Below are positions 37,054-47,475 of a stretch of 64,000 nucleotides of DNA, in pieces (position 1 is the stretch's first letter; the number at the start of each line of letters is the position of its first letter). Under the pieces are notes generated by a model. The model was given only the letters and a program-made list of their open reading frames with translations, was not told the DNA's origin and searched no databases. Location of the stretch: contig JBGAJW010000001.1 in the NCBI GenBank assembly GCA_044224725.1, positions 77,012-141,011 of the forward strand. The letters run 5' to 3'. The position numbers were made by a program, and so were the translations under genes. The stretch comes from Flavobacteriales bacterium. Its GTDB lineage: Bacteria > Bacteroidota > Bacteroidia > Flavobacteriales_F > PHOS-HE28.

Positions 37054-39969
37054 CTACTTCTCCTCGTCGTAACCGAAGAGCTCCTTCTTGCTGAGTTTCC
37101 GCACGGGTCCGAGCTTCTCCAATGCCTTCATGTCCATGGCGCTCTCCTTGCCGATCACGCAATAGGTGTAAGGCCGGCCCTTGATCTCCTTGTCGAAGAA
37201 GGCCTTCATGTCCTGCAAGGTGATCTTGGGGATGCGCTCGTAGTTGTTCTTGCGAACATCATAGTCCAATCCACGGCGCTGGGCGGCGTCCCACTGCCAG
37301 TAGATGTTCTCCTTGGTGATGCGGGTGCTGGCGATCACTTTCAGCGCGCTGGCCTTGGCGCCTTCGAACTGGGCTTCGGCCATGGGCATGTCGTTCATGA
37401 GCTTCAGCATGGCATCGATGGCATCCGGCAGCTTGTCAGCCTGCGTACCGATGAACGCGCGGACATAGTGCGCATCCTCCTTTTTCGCGGGACTGGTGTA
37501 ACTGGCATTCGCGCCGTAGGCCAGCGCCTTCGCCTCGCGGATCTCCTGGAAGACGATGCTGCTGAGGCCGCTTCCGAAATACTCGTTGAAGAGCGAAGCG
37601 TAGGGCAGCTTCTCCACATCGAAGGGACCGGCCTTGCTGTTCAATACCATTTCGGTCTGCACCATGTCGTACTCCGCGAAGAGCACGCCGTTGGTGGTGG
37701 TGGGCAGCTCAGGATACTTCCGCTCGGCAGGGTAATCCTTCAAGGTGGCCGCTGTCTTGTGGTGTTTGGCCATCAGCGCGGCGATCTCATCGGCACCTTT
37801 CCGGCCGTAGTAGAAGACCTTGTGCTTGTACCCCGTCAGCGCGTGTATGCGGTCCACGAGTTCCTGGGCCTTTAGCGCGGCGAGCTGCTCGTTGCTCAGG
37901 ATGTCGTTGGTGGGCGTTACCGGTCCGTACTTGGCGTAGCTCACCAGGCCGCCGTTCAGCAAGGCGCCCTTGTTCTTCAACTGGTCCTGGCGGTTCTTGC
38001 GGATGTCGGCGACCAGTCCCGGCAGTGCGGCATCGTTCGGTTGGGCGTTCGCGAGCACATGCTCCAGCAGTTCGACACCTTTCTCCAGGTTCTTCTCCAA
38101 GCCGCTGAGCGTCACGTAGGAGCGATCGTCGCTGGCGAACACATCGATGCTCAGGCCGAGCTTGAAGAGTTCCTTTTTCAGGTCCACCGGGCTGTATTTC
38201 GAGGTGCCGAGGTAGTTCAGGTACTCGATGGCCACTTTCAGTTCGCGGTCATGGTTCGTGCCCATGTCCAGGATGTAGCGCAGGCTGAAAAGGTCGTTGG
38301 TGGGGTTCTTCACGCAGGCGAGTTCCACGCCGCTGGCCAAGGGCTTGCGCGTGATGGCGGTCTTGAAGTCGACGAATTCCGGGGTCATCGCAGCGCTCGG
38401 GGTTTTCTCCCATTCGGCGCGCCAAGCGCTCTTGCCGTCGCGCTTGATGTCGATGGCCGTGATCTTCGGCTTGGTCACTTTGTGGGCGTCCTTGTTCTCG
38501 CCGGTCCGCTTGAAGACGCAGACGTAGTTGTTGTCCAACCATTTCTTCGCGAATGCCGTCACCTGCTCCTTGGTGATCCTGCCCATGCGGTCGTACTGGT
38601 CCACCATGCTCTTCCAGTCCTTGCGCAGGATGAAGGCCTCGGTCATGGCGGAAGCGCGCAGGCTGTTGTTCTCGTTCCAGAAGCGGATCTGCTGTTGCTT
38701 GTTGTCGTTCACCACGGCTTGGATGAGCCAATCCTCGAACTCGCCACGCTTGAGCGCTTCGAGCTGTCCGAGCATCAGATCGCGCGCCTGCTCCAGCGTC
38801 TGCCCTTCGCGCGGTTCTACGCGCATGCCGAACTCGCTGTAATCGGTCTGCTCGCCGGAATAGGCGCGGGCATCCAGTACTTTCTGTTCCTGCAGGAGGT
38901 TCAGGTCGATCAGACCTGCCTTCCCGTTGCTCAGGATGCCGCTGATCAACTCCAGCATCAAAGGGTCCTCGCTCTTCGTTCCGTTGAAGCGCCAGGCCAT
39001 GCTCACCCATTCGCGGTCCGGCCCGAACACATCCGCGTTCACGGGGGACAGGATGGGGTCTTCCGGTTTGAAGGTGAATCCGGGCACTTCTTTCTTCACC
39101 CATTTGCCGAAGTGCTTGTCCACCATGGCGATGGTCTTGTCGTAGTCGATGTCTCCCGCGAGGATCACGGCCATATTGTTGGGCCTGTACCAGCTGTCGA
39201 AGAACTCATGGATCTTCACCATGCTGGGGTTCTTCAGGTGCTCCCCCGTCCCGATGGTGGTCTGCGTGCCGTAGGGGTGATTGGGGTAGAGCAACTGGTC
39301 CAGTTTCTGTGCCGCCTGCCGCCCATCGTTGTCCTGGCCGCGATTGAATTCTTCGTACACCGTTTCCAGTTCCGTGTGGAAGAGCCGGAGCACACACTCC
39401 TGCATGCGCTCGCTCTCGATCATCATCCACTTCTCCAGTTCATCGCTGGGCACATCGTTGATGTACACGGTGCGCTCGGTGCTGGTGTAAGCATTGGTGC
39501 CCCGCGCGCCGATGCTTTTGATCATCTTGTCGTACTCGTTCGGCACCGCGAGCGCTGCGGCTACGGTGCTCAAGCTGTCGATAACATGGTAGATGGCGTC
39601 GCGCTTGGCCTCATCCGTCGTGGTGCGGCGCAGTTCGTACTGGTCGCTGATCTGGTTGAGCACGGCGCTTTCCTTTGCCCAATCGCTGGTGGCGATCTTC
39701 GACGTGCCCTTGAAGAGCATGTGCTCCAGGTAGTGCGCCAAGCCCGTGGCGTCCGAAGGATCGTTCTTGCTGCCTGCACGCACGGCGATGTTGGTCTGCA
39801 CGCGTGGTGCGTCGGTGTTGCGGCTCAGCCACACCTGCAGGCCGTTGTCCAGCGTGTAGATGCGCGTTTCCAGCGGATCGCCCGGCACACTGGTGTAGGG
39901 ATACGTTTTCTGGGCCAACCCCGCATGGTTGAGGGTCAATGCTCCAACGAAAAGAAGTGTATGCCGCAT
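37054..39969 (-). CDS. M16-family zinc metallopeptidase (insulinase-like, tandem M16 plus M16_C units). Secreted.
   Basis: Inverted zincin motif HYLEHMLFKGT and the downstream E-rich region. About 970 aa with a signal peptide. Confidence 0.9.
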   Translation of the reverse strand: MRHTLLFVGALTLNHAGLAQKTYPYTSVPGDPLETRIYTLDNGLQVWLSRNTDAPRVQTNIAVRAGSKNDPSDATGLAHYLEHMLFKGTSKIATSDWAKESAVLNQISDQYELRRTTTDEAKRDAIYHVIDSLSTVAAALAVPNEYDKMIKSIGARGTNAYTSTERTVYINDVPSDELEKWMMIESERMQECVLRLFHTELETVYEEFNRGQDNDGRQAAQKLDQLLYPNHPYGTQTTIGTGEHLKNPSMVKIHEFFDSWYRPNNMAVILAGDIDYDKTIAMVDKHFGKWVKKEVPGFTFKPEDPILSPVNADVFGPDREWVSMAWRFNGTKSEDPLMLELISGILSNGKAGLIDLNLLQEQKVLDARAYSGEQTDYSEFGMRVEPREGQTLEQARDLMLGQLEALKRGEFEDWLIQAVVNDNKQQQIRFWNENNSLRASAMTEAFILRKDWKSMVDQYDRMGRITKEQVTAFAKKWLDNNYVCVFKRTGENKDAHKVTKPKITAIDIKRDGKSAWRAEWEKTPSAAMTPEFVDFKTAITRKPLASGVELACVKNPTNDLFSLRYILDMGTNHDRELKVAIEYLNYLGTSKYSPVDLKKELFKLGLSIDVFASDDRSYVTLSGLEKNLEKGVELLEHVLANAQPNDAALPGLVADIRKNRQDQLKNKGALLNGGLVSYAKYGPVTPTNDILSNEQLAALKAQELVDRIHALTGYKHKVFYYGRKGADEIAALMAKHHKTAATLKDYPAERKYPELPTTTNGVLFAEYDMVQTEMVLNSKAGPFDVEKLPYASLFNEYFGSGLSSIVFQEIREAKALAYGANASYTSPAKKEDAHYVRAFIGTQADKLPDAIDAMLKLMNDMPMAEAQFEGAKASALKVIASTRITKENIYWQWDAAQRRGLDYDVRKNNYERIPKITLQDMKAFFDKEIKGRPYTYCVIGKESAMDMKALEKLGPVRKLSKKELFGYDEEK

Positions 39970-40091
39970 GACAGTTGTTCGGAAAGGGTGCGTGAAGATG
40001 CGCAAACGGACATGAAACCTGTACCCCGGGAATCACCTTCCAGAAAGAACTTGACGAGGCCGCGTCCCTGCCCTGGCGGATCGACGCCCGA

Positions 40092-40796
40092 TCAGCGGAT
40101 GCGAACGTCCGCGATATCACGCACACGCGCGCCCTTCTCGAAACGTTTGCGGTAATACACCGATATCAGGGCGATGAGCGGCGCCCCGACGAGCGTAGGC
40201 CACAGCCATTGCAGCCAGACCGGCTTGATCATGGTCAGGTTCACCGCGCTGAACGCGCTTACCGTGGCGATGTAGCCGCCGAGCGTGCCGGAGATGTGCG
40301 CGAAGAACCACTCGCGCTTGTCGTGCTTGCGCTTATAGAAGCGCTGGATGTTGGTGAAGACCATCAAGCTGCCGATGAGGCCGAAGACCGCGAAGAGGAT
40401 GGCTTTCGTCTCCTTCTGCCCCATCAGGAGGTGCGACAGCCCCCAGATGAGCAGTCCCCCGTTCACCAGACCGGCCGACCCGTGCAACCACAGGTCCACG
40501 GAGGCCGGCTTCAAGCCCTCGTGCAATTTCTTCAGGTACAACGAACGATAGCCGCTGGCCACCATGTGGAAACTGAAAACGGCGACCAGCGCGAGCCAGA
40601 AATTCTGCGGATGGGCGATCGCCAGGAAGATGGCTGTGGCGCACACGCCGATCATGCTGTAGAAGAACACCTTGCCCCATCGCCGGTGCCAATCACCGCC
40701 TTTGCGCACCACCATGGCCAGGGGCGCCACGCCCAAAGCGATCGTACCGAGCGCGGCGTGCGCGCGCAGTATCCAGGGGATCAGGAATTCATCCAT
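40092..40796 (-). CDS. Hypothetical polytopic membrane protein.
   Basis: Six predicted TM helices. No secure family. Confidence 0.55.
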   Translation of the reverse strand: MDEFLIPWILRAHAALGTIALGVAPLAMVVRKGGDWHRRWGKVFFYSMIGVCATAIFLAIAHPQNFWLALVAVFSFHMVASGYRSLYLKKLHEGLKPASVDLWLHGSAGLVNGGLLIWGLSHLLMGQKETKAILFAVFGLIGSLMVFTNIQRFYKRKHDKREWFFAHISGTLGGYIATVSAFSAVNLTMIKPVWLQWLWPTLVGAPLIALISVYYRKRFEKGARVRDIADVRIR

Positions 40797-40896
40797 GTGC
40801 GGTGGTGGCCGGACAACGACGAACATAGGGGGTCCATGGTTGCCAACCCCGTGCATCACCCGAAAAGATCATGGAAATGGATGAACAGAGGTCCAG

Positions 40897-42303
40897 TCAG
40901 TGCTGAACGACGGTCTCGTAAGGCGAATCGGTCCCGTGGAAATAAGGATTACCGTTCTTTTCCACCTCCCGAACGAACTGGAGCACCTGCACTTGGCCGC
41001 TCGCCAGCACGGACGGAGGGGGCAGCTTGTCCGAGCAGACCAGCACCCGGCCCTGTTCCGCCCCGCGCACGGAGCTTCGCAGCAGTGTTTCCACGGGGAA
41101 TGCCCAAGAAACCTCCACGTCCCGTTCGCGGAGGCGCTGGCAGTCAACCATGCCGCGGGGAACGCCCTGTTGATCGGCGAGGGCGATCAGTTCCTCGGTT
41201 GCCGCATATTCTTTCGCGTACGGCCGGGAAGCGAACGATACGTCGCGCACCTTCACGAAAAGCACCAGCACGCACATGATCAGGGAAAGTGTCCGCAACC
41301 GGGGGCTCTCCGCACGGACGACCAAGGCGGCACCGCTGAGCGCGATGATGGTGGCCACAGGCAATATGCCCCGATCCTGCATCACGGCGGAATTGCCTGC
41401 GCTGAAGGTGACGAGGAAAACGAAAATGAAAGCCATCGCTCCACCGAACGTCAGCAACGCGAGCCTGCCTTTGTTCATCAAAGCCCATCCCGACACCACC
41501 GCTAAAAGCACCAGCAACGCGGGCAAATAGGTGGTCGAAGCGCTGAATGTGTGGATGGCGAGGAACTCCCACGAGCCCCAATGTGCGAAGGACCCCAAGT
41601 GCCGAAGCCCGGCAACGACCGCATCATATTGCTCCATCTCATAGCCCGTGGGCGGGAACAACCAGCGCCCGATCAACGGCCACGAGGCCGAGATGAGCAA
41701 TAGCGCCATCAGCATCCTCCCACGCAGCCAGCCGAGCGCGAACATGAACACGACGGCGAAGAGCATGACCATCCAGCCGACCGGGTGCACGACGAGCGGA
41801 ACCAGCAACAGGACGATGGCGATGGCCACATTCCGCCGGGGGATACGCTCCGCACGGGCGTTCCGCTCGATGAAGCCGATCAGCAGGAACGGGTAGCACA
41901 GCAGATAGTTGGCCTCCAGCACGGGGGAATAGAACGCGAGGCGGCTGCACAGCACCGCCGCTACGGCGCAACCGAACGCGGCCACCGGCGACTTCCATAC
42001 ATGCGCGCACAGCAGGTAGATGCCGTAGCCAACGAGCACATGCGCGAGCGAGGAAACAAGCAGCAACGTGCGCAGTTCCACCCCGATCAGCGCGAAGAGC
42101 TTCACGCACGCTTGCGGAACGATCGCCGTGTAGCGGTGCGCCTCGATGTCCCAGCCCGGCTGGCTGATCCATTGGAAGAGCTGGTAGGCCGTATCCCCGA
42201 ACGTGGAGCGGATGAGGGCGTACTTCCAAGCCAGGCCCACCAGCGCGAGGAATACGCCGTGGCCAAGGAGGAGCAGGGCTTGGCGATGGGGGCGTTCGCC
42301 CAT
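40897..42303 (-). CDS. Hypothetical polytopic membrane protein (about 468 aa). Translationally adjacent (2-nt gap) to the upstream T9SS cargo gene.
   Basis: Multiple TM helices. Its start is 2 nt after the stop of 42306-43751. Confidence 0.6.
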   Translation of the reverse strand: MGERPHRQALLLLGHGVFLALVGLAWKYALIRSTFGDTAYQLFQWISQPGWDIEAHRYTAIVPQACVKLFALIGVELRTLLLVSSLAHVLVGYGIYLLCAHVWKSPVAAFGCAVAAVLCSRLAFYSPVLEANYLLCYPFLLIGFIERNARAERIPRRNVAIAIVLLLVPLVVHPVGWMVMLFAVVFMFALGWLRGRMLMALLLISASWPLIGRWLFPPTGYEMEQYDAVVAGLRHLGSFAHWGSWEFLAIHTFSASTTYLPALLVLLAVVSGWALMNKGRLALLTFGGAMAFIFVFLVTFSAGNSAVMQDRGILPVATIIALSGAALVVRAESPRLRTLSLIMCVLVLFVKVRDVSFASRPYAKEYAATEELIALADQQGVPRGMVDCQRLRERDVEVSWAFPVETLLRSSVRGAEQGRVLVCSDKLPPPSVLASGQVQVLQFVREVEKNGNPYFHGTDSPYETVVQH

Positions 42304-42305
42304 CT

Positions 42306-43751
42306 CTAGTGGTTCGAAATGATCAAGGGCTGAGCCGTCCGAACACCCTTGTCCGAGAGCGTCACCAGCTGATACATGCCGTCGGAGAGCCCACGCAGGT
42401 CGAGGTCTTGGGGTACGGGCTGTTGCCATTCAAGAACAAGGCGGCCTTGGGAGTCGTGAAGCCGAACGGAAAAGAGACCTTGGATGGAGTTCAGATGCGT
42501 GCCGCCGTTCGCCGGATTCGGAAAGAACGCCAAGGGCGCGTCGGCAGTTCCTGGGACAACCACGCCAGTAGCATCGAACTGGGTTGTGATCACCTCGGTC
42601 GCTGTATCAACGACAGAGTCGCAGCGGATAACATAGACATCAGAATTTCCTGAACCCGACGAACGTGTGCTGCCGCACAGAACGAAACCATTCTCCGTTT
42701 CCGCGATGGAATGCCCAACGTCGTCCTCAACAAGCCCATAGGTGTGCTGCACGATGAAGGACCCGTCCGACTCGCTCAGGAGCGCGAAGAGATCCTTCGC
42801 ACCACCACCGGAGGTTTTGGTGTAACCGACAGTCGCGAACCGGCCTGAGAGCAGCTCAACGTGCTCCATGGCTTCCTGGTCATTGATCTGTCCGAAGTTC
42901 TGCGCCCAGAGACTATCACCCATCGCGGAGAGCTTGAAATGCAGATGCTCGTTCCATACGGAGTAGCTTCTCGTGGACCCGATCACTGAGAATCCCCCGT
43001 CCAGAGTCTCCAGAACATCCACCGCCAAGTCAGCGCTATCGCCGCCGATATGTTGCTCCCAGTCGAGAGCGCCAGTCTCATCCAGCTTGATGACCAGCGC
43101 ATCCTTGTCCCCCTCGTCATCATAGGTACCGGCGAGCACGAATCCACCATCACTTGTTTGAATGGCCGATCTCAGGTCATCCTCACCGATGCTACCGTAT
43201 GTGTTCGACCAAACCACGTCGCCTGAACTATTGGTGCGGAGCAGCCAACCATCCGAGGATCCGGCACCTTCGCTGTAGGTTGAGCCTGCCAACAGCCAAT
43301 CCCCATCGGCCAATGGTTCCACATCATAGAGAAAGTCCCATCCCTCGCCGCCATAGGATCTTTGCCAGAGGACCACACCATCCGCATCCGTCTTCATGAG
43401 CCATCCATCATATCCGCCATTCCCGCCTCCGTTCGTGTATCCGGCTATGAGAACGGATCCATCCGGGGCAATGCTCATTGAGGCACCCCTGTCGATCTGA
43501 GGGCCACCATAGGTCTTGGACCAAAGCAGCCCGCCATCCGGATCGATCTTCAAAAGGTAGACATCCGAGGATCCGAAACCGAAACTGCTGGTTGAGCCCA
43601 CGACCAGGTAATCACCTTCAGGTGTCACGCGCACACAGGCGCCTTCATCGGCATCATAGGCCCCGAAAGCCTTTCGCCAAGTAGGCTGTCCATGCGAGCA
43701 GAGAGCGATGAGCATTCCCGCGCATGCGACCGTCAAGTGTCGAATTCTCAT
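42306..43751 (-). CDS. Secreted beta-propeller repeat protein (SBBP / delta-60-like) with a type-A T9SS C-terminal sorting domain.
   Basis: Repeats (DG(S/G)..LAG.T....G..D) as in 4820-6352. C-terminal FFPNPANGGTHLNS...GMYQLVTL T9SS CTD. Confidence 0.8.
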   Translation of the reverse strand: MRIRHLTVACAGMLIALCSHGQPTWRKAFGAYDADEGACVRVTPEGDYLVVGSTSSFGFGSSDVYLLKIDPDGGLLWSKTYGGPQIDRGASMSIAPDGSVLIAGYTNGGGNGGYDGWLMKTDADGVVLWQRSYGGEGWDFLYDVEPLADGDWLLAGSTYSEGAGSSDGWLLRTNSSGDVVWSNTYGSIGEDDLRSAIQTSDGGFVLAGTYDDEGDKDALVIKLDETGALDWEQHIGGDSADLAVDVLETLDGGFSVIGSTRSYSVWNEHLHFKLSAMGDSLWAQNFGQINDQEAMEHVELLSGRFATVGYTKTSGGGAKDLFALLSESDGSFIVQHTYGLVEDDVGHSIAETENGFVLCGSTRSSGSGNSDVYVIRCDSVVDTATEVITTQFDATGVVVPGTADAPLAFFPNPANGGTHLNSIQGLFSVRLHDSQGRLVLEWQQPVPQDLDLRGLSDGMYQLVTLSDKGVRTAQPLIISNH

Positions 43752-43867
43752 CGCAACGAAAGTATCGAAGACCATCGAACGTCCTCAGGGAAGACGGTCG
43801 GGAACGATGATCCGCTGCCGCGACTGACCTTTACCCTGCCTTATTCCTTGTTTTGGCGGATTGAACC

Positions 43868-45118
43868 ATGACCTCACGCGGCATCTTCGGTTTCCTGGTG
43901 TTCACCGCCGTGCTGGTGCTCATCGACATCTACGCATGGAAAGGCATCAGTACGGCCTTGGGTGGCGCGGGGATCGGCACTCGGCGCTGGGTGCGCTGGA
44001 TCTACTGGGCCGAAAGCATCGGCATGATCGCGCTGTTGGTGTGGGTGAGCATCAGCATCCAGGAACTCCGGGCTAACCGCAACTACGCGTTCGTGTTCTC
44101 GCTCGCCGCGCTGCTGATCCTCTTCCTCTTACCGAAGCTGGTCATTGTGATCTTCCATGGTGTGGAGGACCTGCTGCAGGGCCTGCGCTGGATCTGGTAC
44201 AGGGCCGCACCCGGTGCGAATGCGGACGGCGAACCCATTTCGCGGATCCGGTTCATTTCGCAGGTCGGCCTGGCCCTTGCGGCGATCCCCTTCGGCGCGG
44301 TGCTCTATGGAGTGACCAAAGGACGGCGTGATTTCCGTGTGCAACGGGAAACGATCCGCTCCGCCAAGCTGCCCGCCGCCTTCGATGGCCTGCGCATCGT
44401 GCAGATCAGTGATATGCACTTGGGCAGTTTCCCGCTCAGTAGCGACATCGTACGCATCGGCGTGGACCTCATCAATGAGCAGGAGCCGGACCTCATCCTC
44501 TTCACCGGTGATATGGTGAATGACTTCAGTGAGGAAGCGGAGCCTTGGCTTGACACGCTCTCCACGTTGAAGGCGAAACTGGGCAAGTACTCCATCCTCG
44601 GCAACCATGACTACAGCGACTATGCCAGTTGGCCCGACAAGCAGGCCAAGTGCGACAATCTGGACCGTCTGATGGACCATCATCGGCGCATCGGTTTCCG
44701 GTTGCTGCTTGATGAGCATGTGCCGATCGAGAAGGACGGTGAACAGTTCAGTTTGATAGGTGTGCAGAACTGGGGCGTTCGTTTCCAGCAGTACGGCGAT
44801 CTCCGTAAAGCGGTAAGGGGTACGGACCCGTCAGCGTTCCGACTGTTGATGAGCCATGACCCTACGCATTGGGAAGCCCAAGTTCAAGAGCAGGGCATCG
44901 ACCTCATGCTGAGCGGTCACACGCACGGCGCGCAATTCGGCATCACCATCGCTGGCCAGACGTACAGTCCGGCACAGTGGGTCTACAAGCAATGGGCGGG
45001 CCGCTATGAACAGGATGGCATGCACCTCTATGTGAATCGGGGCTTCGGTTTCATCGGCTTCCCGGGAAGGGTGGGCATGCCACCGGAGATCACGGTCCTC
45101 GAACTCCGCAAAGCCTGA
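43868..45118 (+). CDS. Membrane-anchored metallophosphoesterase (calcineurin-like, YkuE-type).
   Basis: N-terminal TM helices plus phosphoesterase motifs (QISDMHLG, GDMVND, GNHD, SGHTHGAQ). Confidence 0.85.
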   Translation: MTSRGIFGFLVFTAVLVLIDIYAWKGISTALGGAGIGTRRWVRWIYWAESIGMIALLVWVSISIQELRANRNYAFVFSLAALLILFLLPKLVIVIFHGVEDLLQGLRWIWYRAAPGANADGEPISRIRFISQVGLALAAIPFGAVLYGVTKGRRDFRVQRETIRSAKLPAAFDGLRIVQISDMHLGSFPLSSDIVRIGVDLINEQEPDLILFTGDMVNDFSEEAEPWLDTLSTLKAKLGKYSILGNHDYSDYASWPDKQAKCDNLDRLMDHHRRIGFRLLLDEHVPIEKDGEQFSLIGVQNWGVRFQQYGDLRKAVRGTDPSAFRLLMSHDPTHWEAQVQEQGIDLMLSGHTHGAQFGITIAGQTYSPAQWVYKQWAGRYEQDGMHLYVNRGFGFIGFPGRVGMPPEITVLELRKA

Positions 45119-45129
45119 CCGTATGGATA

Positions 45130-46581
45130 TCACTGACCCATGTGCCGCCGGGTCAACATGATCAGTGAACCATCCTGATGCGAAACCTCCCAAGCTGGTT
45201 CGCGCAACAAACTGTCGAGCTTGAGATGGTAGGTAGCTGTGTCGAGCGGGTATGTACCCTCCTTCGGAAGCAGGAAGATCATATCGGCATCGCGCACGAG
45301 CGGGTATTGGTACACGCGCTCACGAAGTGCCAAGTGCGGAACCGCTGGTGATTGCGCGCTGACAACGAGATCCGGAGGAATGGTATCAATGACCGAACGG
45401 ACCAGATCGGTGTCGTACGAACGGCGGTAATGTTCCGCCTGATAGAACCGCATCCTCGACTTGTCATGGAAGGCGATCGTGTTGTCCATGGTCCGCACTG
45501 TGCAACAGGCCACGATCACCGGTGCGAGCCAGAGGATCCATGACCGGGCTCCGTCACGCGTCCATCGAGCGATGACCAAGGAAAAGGCGATGGCCACCAG
45601 TGGGGCGAACTCGATGCTGTACTGGCCGAACACGGCCCACTTGGCCGGCTCATTATGCCACATCTTCTGCGCGATCAAGGGCAACGCCATGATGCCCCAT
45701 CGCGGACGAACGGCCAAGGCCCATCCGCCCGACAATATCAGGATGGCCCAGAACTCCAGCTTGATCGCGGTTCCATCCTTCGCTCCGCTCAAGTCGATGA
45801 AAAGCCCTAGGAACAGGCTCCAGAGGGAGGTGCGTTGCTCCCCATCCGCAGGATGCAAGAGTCCAGAGATCAACGGATAATCGAAGTGGGCATATTGGCC
45901 ATCGCTCGCCATAGCGGGCATGATGAAGAGAATGACCAAGGCCGACCAACACAACGCGATGGCACCGAGCACCCGTGTGAATCGCCGCATCGTCATGGGC
46001 AGCATCTTATCCATGGCGAATACCAAGGTGACCGTGCCTACCCAAAGCCCCATGTTCTCCTTGGCCATCACCATGAACACGAAGAGTAGAATGGCACTTC
46101 TCTTCCTTCCGAGCATCAACGCCGTCAGGAGCCAAGGCAAGGCCATCGTGGCCACCACATTTGAATGATAGTCAAAAGCCGAAGCCGCGAATACTCCGAA
46201 GAAGCAAAGGAAGATGGCCATGCCGCTGACCGCCAGACGCTCACTTGAACCGCACGTCAGGAGAAAAGCGCGCACACCCAGCGCTCCTGCGATGATGGAT
46301 ATCCATTGGACCAAGGGAAGTGTCCAAGTGCCGAATATCAAGAGCAAAGGCGAGAACAGCACAAGAAGCAGGTCGAAGTGGTCCGCCAACATCGGTGCGG
46401 CCACTGCTTGAAAGAGCGTGCTGTCGTGGATCGTGCCATGCAGATAGTGCCACGCCGTGTGCGTGTAGAGCCCCAGGTCCAACGCGTAGGTGCGGAACAG
46501 ATAGTGGTTCGGGAAGGCGACCAGTGCGTGCAAAAGGGCACCGATACCCAGAACAACCCAAGTTGCGCGCTTACTCGTCAT
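45130..46581 (-). CDS. Large integral membrane protein, DUF2079-like (uncertain).
   Basis: About 12 predicted TM helices. The family call is from memory only. Confidence 0.55.
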   Translation of the reverse strand: MTSKRATWVVLGIGALLHALVAFPNHYLFRTYALDLGLYTHTAWHYLHGTIHDSTLFQAVAAPMLADHFDLLLVLFSPLLLIFGTWTLPLVQWISIIAGALGVRAFLLTCGSSERLAVSGMAIFLCFFGVFAASAFDYHSNVVATMALPWLLTALMLGRKRSAILLFVFMVMAKENMGLWVGTVTLVFAMDKMLPMTMRRFTRVLGAIALCWSALVILFIMPAMASDGQYAHFDYPLISGLLHPADGEQRTSLWSLFLGLFIDLSGAKDGTAIKLEFWAILILSGGWALAVRPRWGIMALPLIAQKMWHNEPAKWAVFGQYSIEFAPLVAIAFSLVIARWTRDGARSWILWLAPVIVACCTVRTMDNTIAFHDKSRMRFYQAEHYRRSYDTDLVRSVIDTIPPDLVVSAQSPAVPHLALRERVYQYPLVRDADMIFLLPKEGTYPLDTATYHLKLDSLLREPAWEVSHQDGSLIMLTRRHMGQ

Positions 46582-46608
46582 GACCCTATCGCGTATCCGT
46601 TGCTTTGG

Positions 46609-47475
46609 TCACGATGACGTCGGGAACACCTCCCCCGCCATCCGCACGCACCTCGCGAGCTGCTCCAGGTCCAGCCCCGTTCGCTCCTCGCGACTTTCCA
46701 TCTCCTGCACGAACAGTTCGGTCGTGAGGTTCCCCACGAGGTCATCTTCCGCCATAGGGCAGCCGCCGTAGCCGGCTATCGCATGATCGAACCGGCGACA
46801 GCCCGCGCGCCAGGCGGCATCGGTCTTGGGTTGCCAGTTGTCTTTACGGGCGTGCAGGTGGGCACCGAACTCAATGTGCGGCAATGCGGGTATCAATGCA
46901 GAGAACATCGCTTCGATATCATCGGGCTTCGCCACACCGACCGTGTCCGCCAGCGAGATGATGCGCACGCCGAGTTCCTTCACCAAACGGTCGGTCCAGT
47001 GCAAGGCCACTTCCGCGTTCCATGGATCGCCATACGGGTTGCCGAAGGCCATGCTGACGTAGACCACGAGCTCCTTGCCTGCGCCGTTCGCCAGTTCGGC
47101 GATGCGTGCCGTACGCGCCCAAGAACCTTCGATGCTCGTATTCGTGTTGCGCTGCTGGAAGGTCTCGCTGATGCTGAAGGGATAGCCCAAGTACGTCACG
47201 CTCTCCTGCTTGCATGCCTCCTCCGCGCCGCGCTCGTTGGCAACGATCACCAGCAACTTCGAGCGCGTGCCTGAAAGGTCGATCCGCGAGAGGACATCCA
47301 CTGTATCCGCCAGTTGGGGTATCGCCTTGGGGCTCACGAAGCTGCCGATGTCGATGGTGTCAAAGCCCACCTTCAGCAGTTCGTTCAAGTAGCGCACCTT
47401 CACCTCCGTAGGGATGAAGTCGTGCAAGCCTTGCATGGCGTCACGCGGGCACTCGATCAGTTTCAGCCTTTCCAT
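46609..47475 (-). CDS. Hydroxymethylglutaryl-CoA lyase (HMGL-like family).
   Basis: HMGL-like TIM barrel pattern (ECPRDAMQG...ISLADTVG...HLHAR). Confidence 0.8.
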   Translation of the reverse strand: MERLKLIECPRDAMQGLHDFIPTEVKVRYLNELLKVGFDTIDIGSFVSPKAIPQLADTVDVLSRIDLSGTRSKLLVIVANERGAEEACKQESVTYLGYPFSISETFQQRNTNTSIEGSWARTARIAELANGAGKELVVYVSMAFGNPYGDPWNAEVALHWTDRLVKELGVRIISLADTVGVAKPDDIEAMFSALIPALPHIEFGAHLHARKDNWQPKTDAAWRAGCRRFDHAIAGYGGCPMAEDDLVGNLTTELFVQEMESREERTGLDLEQLARCVRMAGEVFPTSS